A stretch of 64,000 nt of DNA. Origin: an uncultured archaeon. Lineage in GTDB: Archaea; Asgardarchaeota; Hermodarchaeia; Hermodarchaeales; Hermodarchaeaceae. Location of the stretch: assembly GCA_964347045.1 (NCBI GenBank), contig CAYFXC010000005.1, forward strand, positions 32,068 through 96,067, written 5' to 3'. Position 1 is the stretch's first letter, and each line of letters begins with the position of its first letter. A program made the translations under genes and the position numbers. Of this stretch, positions 16,538 to 26,644 are shown piece by piece. The notes under the pieces were generated by a model that searched no databases, was not told where the DNA came from, and saw only the letters and a list, made by a program, of their open reading frames with translations.

Positions 16538-19516
16538 ATGGCAGCTGGTGCAATCGGTGCCGCGGACAAAATAGGTGACACATGGGTGAGCGACAATAAG
16601 TACATTACAGTCAAAGGCGCCCGCGTACACAACCTAAAAAACATCACTGTGCAGATTCCGCGGGACAAATACGTAGTTATCACTGGACTCTCTGGTTCCG
16701 GCAAGTCCTCATTAGCGTTTGACACTCTCTTCGCTGAAGGACAACGACGATACGTTGAATCTCTATCTGCATATGCTCGACAGTTCTTAGGTCGGATGGA
16801 CAAACCCGATGTCGATTCAATTGAAGGACTAAGTCCAGCAATATCAATTGACCAACGGTCTGCAGGTGGTAATCCCCGTTCCACAGTAGGTACAACCACT
16901 GAAATTTATGATTATATGCGGCTGCTTTGGGCCCGAATCGGAATTCCTCATTGCCATCAATGTGAGCGGCGCATTGCTCCCCAATCAGCTCAACAGATTG
17001 TCCGACAAATCTTGGAATTTGAGGAAGGCAAACGAGTCCGAATCCTTTCACCAATTATTCGAGGACGAAAAGGCACGTATAAAGCACTCTTTAATAAGCT
17101 ACAAAGCGAAGGCTTCATCCGCGTTCGGGTTGATGGAGAAGATCATCGATTAGATACAGCTGACATCGAACTAGACCGCTATAAAATACACAATATCGAA
17201 ATCATCGTTGACCGATTGGTGCTCAAACCATCCGTTGAACCACGCTTGACTCAGTCTGTGGAAACTGCCCTTGAATTTGGCGAGGGCCTTGTTATAGTTG
17301 ATGTTCAAGGTGAACAAGAATACTTATTCAGTGAATCCGCCGGTTGCCCCGTGTGTAGCATTAGCTTTCCTGATCTAGCTCCACGGCTCTTTAGCTTCAA
17401 TTCACCTTATGGTGCTTGTTCAGAATGTAAAGGATTAGGTTACACCCTTGAGGTTGATCCAGACCTCGTAGTGCCCGATCCAACCAAGTCGATCCGCGAA
17501 GGCGCAATCACTCCCTATCATGTGCCACTAAATGGATGGCGTTTACGAAGCCTTACTAGCATAGCCAACCATTACAGGTTCAGCCTCGATACTCCCTTCA
17601 AGGATTTAGATCCCGAAATTCAGCGAATCCTCCTTTATGGTTCCGGTGAAGAAGAAATACGATTTGAACATCATGGTGTCACTCAGTCCGGACGCAAATG
17701 GGAATGGATTAGCGAAAAACCTACCATGGGCGTCATTCCCGGCCTAAAACACCGATACAAGAATACAAGTTCTGAAATTGTTCGGGATTCCATTACACGC
17801 TTTATGGCCCAGTTACCTTGTCCAGTTTGCCAAGGTCGCAAGTTACGCCCCGAAGCCCTCGCAGTCACAATAAATAACAAAAGTATTGATCATGTGACAA
17901 ATCTTGCCATTGATGAAACCTTGAGCTTCTTTGATACACTTAAGCTCACGAAAAAGGAAGCCACAATTGCCCGTCAGACACTTCGGGAAATCAAACAACG
18001 TCTTCAATTTCTCTCTTCGGTCGGGCTGGATTATCTCACTCTAGACCGACAATCTGCAACGCTGGCAGGGGGTGAAGCCCAACGCGTCCGACTCGCAACT
18101 CAAATTGGCTCCCGCCTAGTGGGGGTGACCTATATTCTCGACGAACCCAGCATTGGTCTCCACATGCGTGACAACCAACGCCTCCTATCAATGCTCCTCC
18201 AATTACGTGATCTTGGTAACACCGTACTGGTTGTAGAGCATGACGAGGGCTTCATCCGTGCCGCAGACTGGGTAATCGATCTTGGACCTAGCGCAGGTAT
18301 TCATGGAGGACAGGTTGTAGCTGAAGGCACCGTCGCAGATATTGAAGCGCATCCGAAATCAATAACTGGGCAATATCTCCGCGGGGACAAGGTCATCTCT
18401 GTACCTCCCACCCGTCGCATTGGGAATGGAGCAAGTATTCAGATCAAAGGGGCTCACCATCGGAACCTCAAAAATATCGATGTGATATTTCCACTCGGCA
18501 CCTTCATCTGCATCACTGGCGTCTCTGGATCCGGAAAAAGCACCCTCATCACAGATACCCTGTATCCAGGCATAATCTGGCAATTTCGCCAACGCCGCCG
18601 ACGTCAATCTGACGCGATATTAGCTAGCTCGATCCAAAAGCCAGGACCCTATAAGGCTATCCAGGGAGTTGACCTGATTGATAAAGTCATCTTAGTCGAC
18701 CAATCACCCATCGGACGTACACCACGTTCCAATCCTGCAACGTATACTCAGGTTTTCGGACCGATTCGTGAATTATTCTCAAAAACCGTAGAAGCTCGAA
18801 AACGCGGGTATCAACCAGGTCGCTTCAGTTTCAATGTCAAAGGTGGTCGATGTGAAACCTGTAGTGGAGCCGGGGTACTTCGAATTGAAATGCAGTTTCT
18901 ACCTGATGTATACGTTGTGTGCGATGAGTGCCATGGTAAACGGTTCAATAAAGAAACCCTACAAGTTCGATACAAGGGTAAGACCATCTATGAAGTGCTT
19001 CGAATGACAGTAGACGAAGCTGCGGAGTTCTATAAGAACATTCCAAAGGTTATACGGATCCTCGAAACACTTCAAAGAGTAGGACTAGGATACATGGAGT
19101 TGGGTCAACCCTCGCCTACGCTGAGTGGTGGTGAAGCCCAACGCATCAAGTTGAGTCGCGAACTAGGTAAGCGTAGCACTACCCAAACCCTCTACATCTT
19201 AGACGAACCGACTACAGGACTCCATCTTGCGGATGTCCAGAAACTGCTCGATGTATTGAACCATCTTGTTGATGCGGGAAACACTGTCATTGTTATTGAA
19301 CATCAACCCGATGTGATTAAGGGTGCAGATTATATTATCGATTTGGGGCCAGAAGGTGGTGACAAGGGTGGGTTTATTACGGCACAGGGAACGCCTGAAC
19401 AAGTGGCACGGAATCGTACATCACACACCGGTTCAGTGCTTCGTAAGGCGCTTGCGATAAAAACTGAACGCGATTCGCAAGAATCCAGTGGACGTATGGA
19501 AATCCTTTCCCGGTAA
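16538..19516 (+). CDS. uvrA: Excinuclease ABC subunit A
   Basis: [10 protein letters not shown], two ABC modules ([24 protein letters not shown]; LSGGEAQR twice), and zinc modules (CHQC, CPVC...C..C, CPVCQG, CETC...CDEC). Confidence 0.95.
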   Translation: MAAGAIGAADKIGDTWVSDNKYITVKGARVHNLKNITVQIPRDKYVVITGLSGSGKSSLAFDTLFAEGQRRYVESLSAYARQFLGRMDKPDVDSIEGLSPAISIDQRSAGGNPRSTVGTTTEIYDYMRLLWARIGIPHCHQCERRIAPQSAQQIVRQILEFEEGKRVRILSPIIRGRKGTYKALFNKLQSEGFIRVRVDGEDHRLDTADIELDRYKIHNIEIIVDRLVLKPSVEPRLTQSVETALEFGEGLVIVDVQGEQEYLFSESAGCPVCSISFPDLAPRLFSFNSPYGACSECKGLGYTLEVDPDLVVPDPTKSIREGAITPYHVPLNGWRLRSLTSIANHYRFSLDTPFKDLDPEIQRILLYGSGEEEIRFEHHGVTQSGRKWEWISEKPTMGVIPGLKHRYKNTSSEIVRDSITRFMAQLPCPVCQGRKLRPEALAVTINNKSIDHVTNLAIDETLSFFDTLKLTKKEATIARQTLREIKQRLQFLSSVGLDYLTLDRQSATLAGGEAQRVRLATQIGSRLVGVTYILDEPSIGLHMRDNQRLLSMLLQLRDLGNTVLVVEHDEGFIRAADWVIDLGPSAGIHGGQVVAEGTVADIEAHPKSITGQYLRGDKVISVPPTRRIGNGASIQIKGAHHRNLKNIDVIFPLGTFICITGVSGSGKSTLITDTLYPGIIWQFRQRRRRQSDAILASSIQKPGPYKAIQGVDLIDKVILVDQSPIGRTPRSNPATYTQVFGPIRELFSKTVEARKRGYQPGRFSFNVKGGRCETCSGAGVLRIEMQFLPDVYVVCDECHGKRFNKETLQVRYKGKTIYEVLRMTVDEAAEFYKNIPKVIRILETLQRVGLGYMELGQPSPTLSGGEAQRIKLSRELGKRSTTQTLYILDEPTTGLHLADVQKLLDVLNHLVDAGNTVIVIEHQPDVIKGADYIIDLGPEGGDKGGFITAQGTPEQVARNRTSHTGSVLRKALAIKTERDSQESSGRMEILSR

Positions 19517-19566
19517 AAGCGAACCTTTCTTCAATCCCAATGGTGTTTTATTAGGTGATTAGGGCG

Positions 19567-21393
19567 ATGAATCTTGAACAGGAATTGAAGGATTTGCCCG
19601 ACGCACCCGGCGTCTATATTCTTTACGACGCCAATGATATGGTCGTCTACGTTGGGAAAGCCCGATCTCTAAAAAAACGGGTTCCCGCCCATTTTCGGGG
19701 CATTGGGGGTGGCAATGTTTTCTCACCCATTGGTCAAGAGGTTACCGAACTTGAGTATATGGTCACGGCTAACGAATCCGAAGCCCTAGTTCTCGAAGAT
19801 AATATGATCAAACGCCATAAACCCCGTTATAATATTCGCTTGAAAGATGACAAGAGTTTCCCTTATGTTCGTATCACCCTTCAAGATGATTTTCCACGAG
19901 TTGAAAAAACCCGAAGCTTGGTCCATGATGGCAGCCGCTATATTGGTCCTTATTCCAACGTGAAAGCGTTGGATGGACTCCTTAAATCGATTAATCGCAT
20001 CGTTCCGCTTGCCACGTGTAAACCCACCATTGTTCCAGGCAAACGAAAACGTGCATGTCTTAAGCATGACATCGGATACTGTCCTGCACCCTGCATCAAT
20101 AAGATAAGCAAAGAAGATTATGCTGAGCTCGTTCAAGAATATGTACTTATGCTTACTGGGCAACACGATCAACTCGAAACCCATCTTCAACGGCTCATGA
20201 CTAAAACCTCAGAAGCACAAGAATTCGAAAAAGCGGCTCGATACCGTGATCGATTACATGCAGTACAACGTGGACGGCAAGCTCAGCGCGCGACCTATTG
20301 GAATCAACTGCCAGGTCACCGTGATGTTTTGGGGCTAGCCCGTGCGGGTCCTGATGCATTGGTCCAATTACTTGTCGTTCGAGAAGGGCGGGTCGTTGGA
20401 CAGCAACCCTTCCCTCTAAGTGCACCCTCCGAGCTTCCAGACGAAACGGTATTAGAAGCCTTTCTCAAACAGTACTATCTTCGGGCTACTGAGATTCCTG
20501 AAGAAGTCATTGTTTCGGTACCAGTTTCCGATAGTCAATTTCTTGAAGAATGGCTAACACAACGCCGCGGCAATGAACATCATGTCAAAATTCACCATCC
20601 TACCAAAGACCCCTTCTTTAGTCTAATCCAAATGGCTAATGAAAACGCCCAATTCCATCTCCATCAACTCATCGAACGCATGGCAAGAGATGAAGGTCGC
20701 AAACAACAAGCTTATAATGACCTTATAGAAGCCCTCCAACTTTCTGGAGAACCTACTCATATTGAAGGCTTTGACATTTCCACCCTTCAAGGTACCGAAT
20801 CCGTTGGTGTATGTGTTGTATTCAAAGAAGGAATTCCATTCAAGAAAGGATATCGACGATTCAAAATCCGTGATGTGGAGGGTCAAGATGACTTTGCGAT
20901 GATGTACGAAGTAGTTCAACGAAGATACAGCCGATTAATAGCTGAGAAGAGTCACCTACCCAATCTCATTGTCATCGACGGTGGGCGGGGACAACTGAGT
21001 ATGGCTCTCAAAGCCTTAGAATCAGTTGGAGCTACGGATATTCCTATGATTGGATTAGCGAAAGCAGAACGACCCGATCCTGATCTCGTCTATCTCCCAA
21101 GTCAGAAAAACCCGATAAACTTGCCTGCTGATAGTCAGGGGCTGCGACTATTACAGCGCGTACGAGATGAAGCTCATCGTTTTGCAATTGCTTATCATCG
21201 AAAGATTCGCCAGATAAAAGGTTTGAAATTAACATTGACGGATATTCCCGGTGTTGGAGTGAAACGTGCTACTCTCCTTCTACAGCATTTTGGCAATAGA
21301 GAGAACTTGTCAAAAGCATCAGTCGAGGAAATTGCTGCAGTGCCTGGTATTACAAAAAGTCTCGCTAAAGAGATTTTAGAGCATTTCACATGA
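19567..21393 (+). CDS. uvrC: Excinuclease ABC subunit C
   Basis: GIY-YIG domain (PGVYILYD...VYVGKA), UVR domain (FEKAARYRD), an endonuclease V-like domain and a C-terminal (HhH)2. ATG 19567 is preferred over the track GTG 19555. Confidence 0.95.
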   Translation: MNLEQELKDLPDAPGVYILYDANDMVVYVGKARSLKKRVPAHFRGIGGGNVFSPIGQEVTELEYMVTANESEALVLEDNMIKRHKPRYNIRLKDDKSFPYVRITLQDDFPRVEKTRSLVHDGSRYIGPYSNVKALDGLLKSINRIVPLATCKPTIVPGKRKRACLKHDIGYCPAPCINKISKEDYAELVQEYVLMLTGQHDQLETHLQRLMTKTSEAQEFEKAARYRDRLHAVQRGRQAQRATYWNQLPGHRDVLGLARAGPDALVQLLVVREGRVVGQQPFPLSAPSELPDETVLEAFLKQYYLRATEIPEEVIVSVPVSDSQFLEEWLTQRRGNEHHVKIHHPTKDPFFSLIQMANENAQFHLHQLIERMARDEGRKQQAYNDLIEALQLSGEPTHIEGFDISTLQGTESVGVCVVFKEGIPFKKGYRRFKIRDVEGQDDFAMMYEVVQRRYSRLIAEKSHLPNLIVIDGGRGQLSMALKALESVGATDIPMIGLAKAERPDPDLVYLPSQKNPINLPADSQGLRLLQRVRDEAHRFAIAYHRKIRQIKGLKLTLTDIPGVGVKRATLLLQHFGNRENLSKASVEEIAAVPGITKSLAKEILEHFT

Positions 21394-21437
21394 TTTTACC
21401 ATTTAAACTGAACAACGTTGATAATCTAACACAGATT

Positions 21438-22151
21438 TTAGAAGATGTAGATTGTTACACTAAGGGAAAGTAGGAATAAGGCAAGATTGTATGTGGGAAA
21501 GATGAAGAGTTCAGCTTTGTTAAAATGATGGTGGAATTCCTTGATGAAAAGAGCTAGGTCTGAGATGACAAAGAAAAACGCACCAAGTACCGGTATGAAT
21601 CCGAGCAGAACTCCTGATGTAAGCCATAGCATTAAGGCGCTACAAAATGTGAGGGAAACGGTAACCGAATAGACAAAGATCGGGATCTTCATTTTCCCAA
21701 AACCATTTTCTCCGGATTCAATATATTGGGTATTAAAGATGATTATCAACAACCATCCTATAAACCCTGCAACAAATGCCGCGACTGGGAGAAAAGAAAT
21801 ACCGAGGAGCACACTTTGCCAGATGAAGATCCCAATGAAGAGGATTTGAGCGACTAAGAAGAGAACACCACCGACTAATAATTTGATTTCCATACCGATA
21901 TCACCAAATAAGCAGAAAATGAATGCAGCGGCTAAGAGAATGTAAAACAAACTAGTCGTTAATCGAAAAACAATAACGACGATAGCAGCACTAAGAGCAG
22001 GTAGGAATTTGATTACTATGAATAGGTGTGTTGGTAATTTGGATAATCGTTCTTTTTGAAAGGTTATTTCATTTTCACGAACTGATTTAATGAGTGTTGA
22101 CACAAATGCAATAATCCAAAAGATTATCGCATACGGGATCAGGTACAACAT
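21438..22151 (-). CDS. YhhN-family (lysoplasmalogenase-like) integral membrane protein
   Basis: Roughly 8 TM segments with the two YhhN-type motifs FCLFGDIGMEI and FFVISDLALFI. Confidence 0.5.
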   Translation of the reverse strand: MLYLIPYAIIFWIIAFVSTLIKSVRENEITFQKERLSKLPTHLFIVIKFLPALSAAIVVIVFRLTTSLFYILLAAAFIFCLFGDIGMEIKLLVGGVLFLVAQILFIGIFIWQSVLLGISFLPVAAFVAGFIGWLLIIIFNTQYIESGENGFGKMKIPIFVYSVTVSLTFCSALMLWLTSGVLLGFIPVLGAFFFVISDLALFIKEFHHHFNKAELFIFPTYNLALFLLSLSVTIYIF

Positions 22152-22200
22152 GTCGTAAAGTTAAGGAGAATATTGCTTAAGAGTGTTTGATTTTAGCTGA

Positions 22201-22722
22201 TTATCGGGCTTTTATTTTATTTTTAAGGAGTGGTATGGCTCCTCCTGCCTTAAGGTATTCAAGAAGAAAAGGAGGGATTTTTGCAAATTGATAGGTCCGT
22301 TTTGTTCGTTGGTTTGTCAGGGTGCCGCTTGAGAGCATAATTTCGATAATGTCGCCCTCACGGATTATTTCTGGGTTCTTTGCGAGGTCAGGAAATTCAA
22401 TTGCAGGAATGCCTAAGTTGAACGCGTTCCGATAAAAAATCCTAGCAAAGGAAGTAGCCACAATTGCACCTAGACCGAGTTGACGTAGGATGGCTGGAGC
22501 TGATTCACGGCTCGAACCAATTCCAAAATGGTCATCAGCGACGATGATATCGCCAGATTTGACATTCTTAGCAAAATCGGGACGAAGATGCTCAAAAACG
22601 TAGGGCGTGATCTGGGCAATGGAGATTTTGGTCAGATGGGTGCCGGAAATAATATCATCTGTACTGATGTTGCTAGCAAACCGCCACACTTTGCCGACAA
22701 TTGGTGTTTCCGACATAAGCAT
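22201..22722 (-). CDS. leuD: 3-isopropylmalate (or homoaconitate) dehydratase small subunit
   Basis: Aconitase swivel-domain pattern (DDIISG, GDIIVADDHFGIGSSRE.A, NLG) immediately downstream of the large subunit. Confidence 0.85.
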   Translation of the reverse strand: MLMSETPIVGKVWRFASNISTDDIISGTHLTKISIAQITPYVFEHLRPDFAKNVKSGDIIVADDHFGIGSSRESAPAILRQLGLGAIVATSFARIFYRNAFNLGIPAIEFPDLAKNPEIIREGDIIEIMLSSGTLTNQRTKRTYQFAKIPPFLLEYLKAGGAIPLLKNKIKAR

Positions 22723-22727
22723 CTTCT

Positions 22728-23990
22728 CTATTTTTCTAAATGCGGATCAGTAATTTTTCCTGATATGGCGCTCGCTGCAACAGTGGCAGGTGACGCTAAA
22801 TAGATTTGAGCATCAGCACTTCCCATGCGACCAGGAAAATTCCGGTTTGATGTACTTATGCACACCTCACCGGGAGCTAGTAATCCGCAATGTCCCCCAA
22901 AACACGCTCCACAGGTTGCAGGTCCAATTGTTGCGCCTGCTTTTGCAAGCGTACCAATAATTCCTGCTTCGAGAGCGCTGTGATAAACTCTCCGACTGGC
23001 AGGGTTTACAATTAGTCGCACGCCTTCTGCAACCTGTTTTCCCACGAGTATTTGAGCCGCTATCTGGAGATCTTCGAATCGTCCATTAGTGCAAGAACCA
23101 AGGTAGGCCTGGTCAATGGGTTTTCCTGCTACCTCGGAAACTGGCACAGCTTGAGTAGGAAGTGAGGGTGTTGCAATCTGTGGGGTAAGATTCGAAATGT
23201 CAAAATCAAGGGTTTGGTTATATTTGGCAGATTTATCAGGATAAACGGGCGTGAAATCTTTCTGAGTCAGGGTTTTAATGTATTTGATAATTCGGTTATC
23301 CGGAGGGATTAGGGCTGCCATAGCGCCCGTTTCTACTGCCATGTTTGTGAGGGTCATCCAGGCATCTAAGCTTAGCTGGGCGAGGGTTTTTCCATGGTAT
23401 TCGAGTGCTTGAAAGGTTGCGCCTTCCACACCGAGTTGGCCGAGGGTATAGAGAATGATATCTTTTCCCATTACCCTTCGTGGAATGGTACCTGAATAAG
23501 TGATCTTTATGGTTTCAGGAACACGGAACCATAACCGCCCCGTCGCTAGTACAATTGCCATGTCCGTTGCACCAATTCCCGTTGCAAGCGCCCCAAAGGC
23601 TCCTGCTGTCGTTGTATGAGAATCAGTACCCACCACTAATTCTCCAGGTCGAATATGTCCCTCTTCAACTAGGACCTGGTGGCATATTCCACTCCCAACA
23701 TCATAGAAATTCTTAATTTGAAATTCTTTGATGAATCGTCGAACCCGTTGGTGAATGGTTGCTGCTTCAACGGAAGGTGCTGGAGCCCAATGGTCAAGAA
23801 TGATGACTACTCTGCTGGGATCCCATATTTTCTTGACTTCTGTATTTGTGAGATGCTGGAGAACGCGGGTTCCCATCATCTCATGTGACATCGCAACATC
23901 GATTGAGGCTTCGATAATCTCTCCGGGTTCTATCTTCTTTTTATCTGTATGGCTAAGAAAAATCTTCTCTGCCATAGTATGACCGGTCAT
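22728..23990 (-). CDS. leuC: 3-isopropylmalate (or homoaconitate) dehydratase large subunit
   Basis: Aconitase-family motifs: DVAMSHE, VGTDSHT, GSCTNGR, and Fe-S ligand region CGACFGG...ISTSNRNF.GRMG. Confidence 0.9.
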   Translation of the reverse strand: MTGHTMAEKIFLSHTDKKKIEPGEIIEASIDVAMSHEMMGTRVLQHLTNTEVKKIWDPSRVVIILDHWAPAPSVEAATIHQRVRRFIKEFQIKNFYDVGSGICHQVLVEEGHIRPGELVVGTDSHTTTAGAFGALATGIGATDMAIVLATGRLWFRVPETIKITYSGTIPRRVMGKDIILYTLGQLGVEGATFQALEYHGKTLAQLSLDAWMTLTNMAVETGAMAALIPPDNRIIKYIKTLTQKDFTPVYPDKSAKYNQTLDFDISNLTPQIATPSLPTQAVPVSEVAGKPIDQAYLGSCTNGRFEDLQIAAQILVGKQVAEGVRLIVNPASRRVYHSALEAGIIGTLAKAGATIGPATCGACFGGHCGLLAPGEVCISTSNRNFPGRMGSADAQIYLASPATVAASAISGKITDPHLEK

Positions 23991-23997
23991 CTGCGTC

Positions 23998-25176
23998 TCA
24001 TAGCTCCTTCAATTGTTGTTGAATTAACTTTCTTATGGTTGTTCCCACTTGTTTCGTTGTTGAAGGTTTCACATTAGCATACGCTCCAACGCATAGATCA
24101 TAGGTTCTAACTTGGCCCTCACTCAACACTTGAATAACAGCCGCCTCAATTATCGAAGCGGCTTCTAAGGCTTTTTGGTCCTGGTGTTGTTCACCGAGCC
24201 ATTCAAGCATCATCTTTCCAGCCAAAATGGCTGCAATCGGATTAGCTCGGCGTTTCCCAGCATGACGCGGGGCTGATCCATGAATGGGTTCAAACATCGC
24301 ATGCGTGTTACCTATGTTACCACCTGCAGCAACACCCATTCCTCCCTGAATTCCTGCTCCTAAATCAGAGATTATATCACCATACAAATTTGCAGTTACG
24401 ACCACATTGTAATATTCTGGTCGACGAAGGCACCACATCGTCCATGCATCGATATACGCGAAATCGGGAACAATCTTAGGAGTTTCACGAACCAATTCCT
24501 GAAATACACGGCGAAAGAGTTGATCTCCAATTAGAACGTTACTTTTATCAACACATGTGACTCGTCTTTGTCCATCGTGAGGTGCACCTTGTCTCCGTTT
24601 CAGAGCCAGCTTCAGAGCATATTGAATGACACGTTCTGATCCAAGCCGGGAAATTGGGCGCATGTCAATCGCTAATTCTTCCCGTTCGCTTTCACCGTAA
24701 TGTTTCCCAATGCCTGCATACAAACCTTCAGTATTTTCTCGAATGATTACAAAGTCGATATCTTTAGGTTGTTTCTCTGCCAAAGGAGATGGAACGCCTG
24801 GATACAGTTTCACTGGCCGCACATTCGCATACAATTCGAGTTCACGGCGCTGCCCCAAAACAATCGATACTCCTGCTAATTGCCCATCATTGCGACGCAC
24901 AGGTTCCCCCGGTGTCTTCTCCCATCCAACAGCACCTAGCAGAATGGCATCAGCCTCCTGCTTAGAAAATATTTCAGCTTCACCCGACCATTCAACACCT
25001 GTCTCCAGATAGTATTTACCTCCGCAAGGAAACTCATGAAAAGAGAGGTTCAAACCAGAAATTCCTGCGGAAATTACTTTTAATATCTTCACAGCTTCTT
25101 GAATGACTTCGGGTCCAATCCCATCGCCTGGTAACACTTGAATCTTATAGGTACGTGTCACAAGAATCCGTTCCAC
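23998..25176 (-). CDS. Isopropylmalate/isocitrate/tartrate dehydrogenase-family enzyme (392 aa)
   Basis: LPGDGIGPEV, LLGAVG, YANVRP, IIRENTEGLY, NLYGDIISD and HGSAP. An insertion after LLGAVGW makes it longer than typical LeuB, and the substrate cannot be fixed from sequence. GTG start. Confidence 0.85.
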   Translation of the reverse strand: MERILVTRTYKIQVLPGDGIGPEVIQEAVKILKVISAGISGLNLSFHEFPCGGKYYLETGVEWSGEAEIFSKQEADAILLGAVGWEKTPGEPVRRNDGQLAGVSIVLGQRRELELYANVRPVKLYPGVPSPLAEKQPKDIDFVIIRENTEGLYAGIGKHYGESEREELAIDMRPISRLGSERVIQYALKLALKRRQGAPHDGQRRVTCVDKSNVLIGDQLFRRVFQELVRETPKIVPDFAYIDAWTMWCLRRPEYYNVVVTANLYGDIISDLGAGIQGGMGVAAGGNIGNTHAMFEPIHGSAPRHAGKRRANPIAAILAGKMMLEWLGEQHQDQKALEAASIIEAAVIQVLSEGQVRTYDLCVGAYANVKPSTTKQVGTTIRKLIQQQLKEL

Positions 25177-25235
25177 AAACTTGTTCGTCTACAGCTATAC
25201 AAAGTTTGCGACTCGTAAGGTTCCAGAAGATTTGG

Positions 25236-25276
25236 GTCTTATACCTATACATAAATTAACTGTATAGGTATAGGAT
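25236..25276 (-). terminator. Strong hairpin between the Fe-S subunit gene and the dehydrogenase gene (candidate terminator, processing site or operator)
   Basis: 12 perfect bp, TATACCTATACA (25240-25251) / TGTATAGGTATA (25261-25272), with a 9-nt loop. It extends to about 16 bp if G-U pairs are allowed, and starts 11 nt after the stop at 25287. Confidence 0.3.
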
Positions 25277-25286
25277 GCTGAAGAGT

Positions 25287-26546
25287 TTATTCAAGAGCAT
25301 TCTCAACGAACTGAATCAAATCCACCATTTTCAGCTTGGACTCGCTCTTTTCGATCGCAAGTTGAAGACTTGTTTCACAGAAGGGACAAGCACTAACTAG
25401 GTGTGTTGCACCTGTTGCTTCGGCTTCTTTGATGCGTTCAATAGAAGTTTCAAGTGTCCAATCAGGAAACTGCGCTCGGGCTCCGCCACCGGCACCACAA
25501 CACCAGCTGTTTTCGCGATTGCGAGGCATTTCAACGAAGTTATCACCGAGAAGGGTGCGAAGAATGGTTCGCGGAACTTCAAACCAGGCCGCCTTTTCCT
25601 TGCGGTTTTTAATTAATTCACCAATGTGGCGACCATAATGACAGGGATCATGGTACGTAGCTTTAACCCTTTTTAGTGGTTTCAGCTTCCCTTTACCCGC
25701 TTCGAGTGCTTCCGCAATAAAATTCACGCTGTGCTTGACTTCAAAGGGTAACGGACCATAATATTTGGGCCAGTCTCGTTTCATTGTACGGAAGCACCCA
25801 GCACACGATGAGACGACAACTTTTGCACCAGAATTCTTGAAGAGCTCCACATTATGAGTTACATAATCTTTAACCAAATCCAGTTTGCCCACACGCATTA
25901 GTGGTGAACAACAACAGTATTCATCCTCTTTGACCGTAAAATCTGTACCCAGTTTCTCCATCACTCGTAGAGTAGAAACTGCAAGTTCTTGTAACCGGTA
26001 GGATGCCGTACAGCCCACAAAGTATATTACATCGGCTTGATCTTTCAGCTTGAACTCCTTCGGAATCCAATCTGTCCGACAGGCATGATCCTCGTTGTAT
26101 GGATTGCGCTTCACCTCTGTCGCTTTGGAATATCCCTGTTGTTTATCGAGGGGTCCAACGCCCGCCTTAACAGCTTCAGCCCGCATTGCTTCAATGATGT
26201 CAACTGTTGGTAGCTCGTTTTCACATTGTGACTCACAATTACCACAAGTGGAGCAACGGAAAAGAAGGTCACCAATATCTTCGTTAATTTTGTAGTTACC
26301 ATTGAGGATGGCTCGTGCAAGCCACATTTTCGCACCGCCACTGTATGCTTCCCATTCCATGGCATTCCAGGCAGGGCATCCTGTTTCAAAGCCACCATTG
26401 GGGTTAGCGGCGTCTGCAATGGTGCATGCCTTGCAGTGGATGCAACGGGCGATTTCGAGTTCGTAATCCTTCAGTTCGGTTTTTGGTTTTTCAGTTTCGG
26501 TCATTGGGGAGTCCTCCGAAATGTGAGGAGAATTGCTGAGTTCCAC
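25287..26546 (-). CDS. Fe-S oxidoreductase with 2x[4Fe-4S] ferredoxin motif and two CCG domains (GlcF/HdrD/LutA-like)
   Basis: CIHCKACTIA and CSTCGNCESQC cluster motifs. CCG-domain signatures CCCSP and WCCGAGGG, with conserved YHDPCH. Confidence 0.8.
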   Translation of the reverse strand: MELSNSPHISEDSPMTETEKPKTELKDYELEIARCIHCKACTIADAANPNGGFETGCPAWNAMEWEAYSGGAKMWLARAILNGNYKINEDIGDLLFRCSTCGNCESQCENELPTVDIIEAMRAEAVKAGVGPLDKQQGYSKATEVKRNPYNEDHACRTDWIPKEFKLKDQADVIYFVGCTASYRLQELAVSTLRVMEKLGTDFTVKEDEYCCCSPLMRVGKLDLVKDYVTHNVELFKNSGAKVVVSSCAGCFRTMKRDWPKYYGPLPFEVKHSVNFIAEALEAGKGKLKPLKRVKATYHDPCHYGRHIGELIKNRKEKAAWFEVPRTILRTLLGDNFVEMPRNRENSWCCGAGGGARAQFPDWTLETSIERIKEAEATGATHLVSACPFCETSLQLAIEKSESKLKMVDLIQFVENALE

Positions 26547-26644
26547 ATACGTTTGACCCTTTTACAGTTTGCCTTTTTTCGAAAAATTCACGCTACTAAA
26601 TTTTACTCGATATATTCGTCTGGAGTCTTGTATGTTATGGCCTC

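Noticed and set aside
16477-16899. 140-aa antisense ORF opposite the uvrA 5' region, and similar long shadow ORFs at 30491-31063 in hppA, 56066-56542 opposite rbr, and 33593-33922 opposite the ACAD gene
   Set aside because: They lie entirely within strongly supported genes, have Arg/Ser/Pro-rich shadow-frame composition and carry no motifs. They are typical spurious ORFs.
23998-25176. Assigning the dehydrogenase specifically as LeuB, or as tartrate dehydrogenase (TtuC) linked to the TtuD-family glycerate kinase
   Set aside because: The family motifs are shared by the IPMDH, ICDH, HICDH and tartrate DH enzymes. The glycerate kinase is 17 kb away, so no operon argument applies. I left it at family level.
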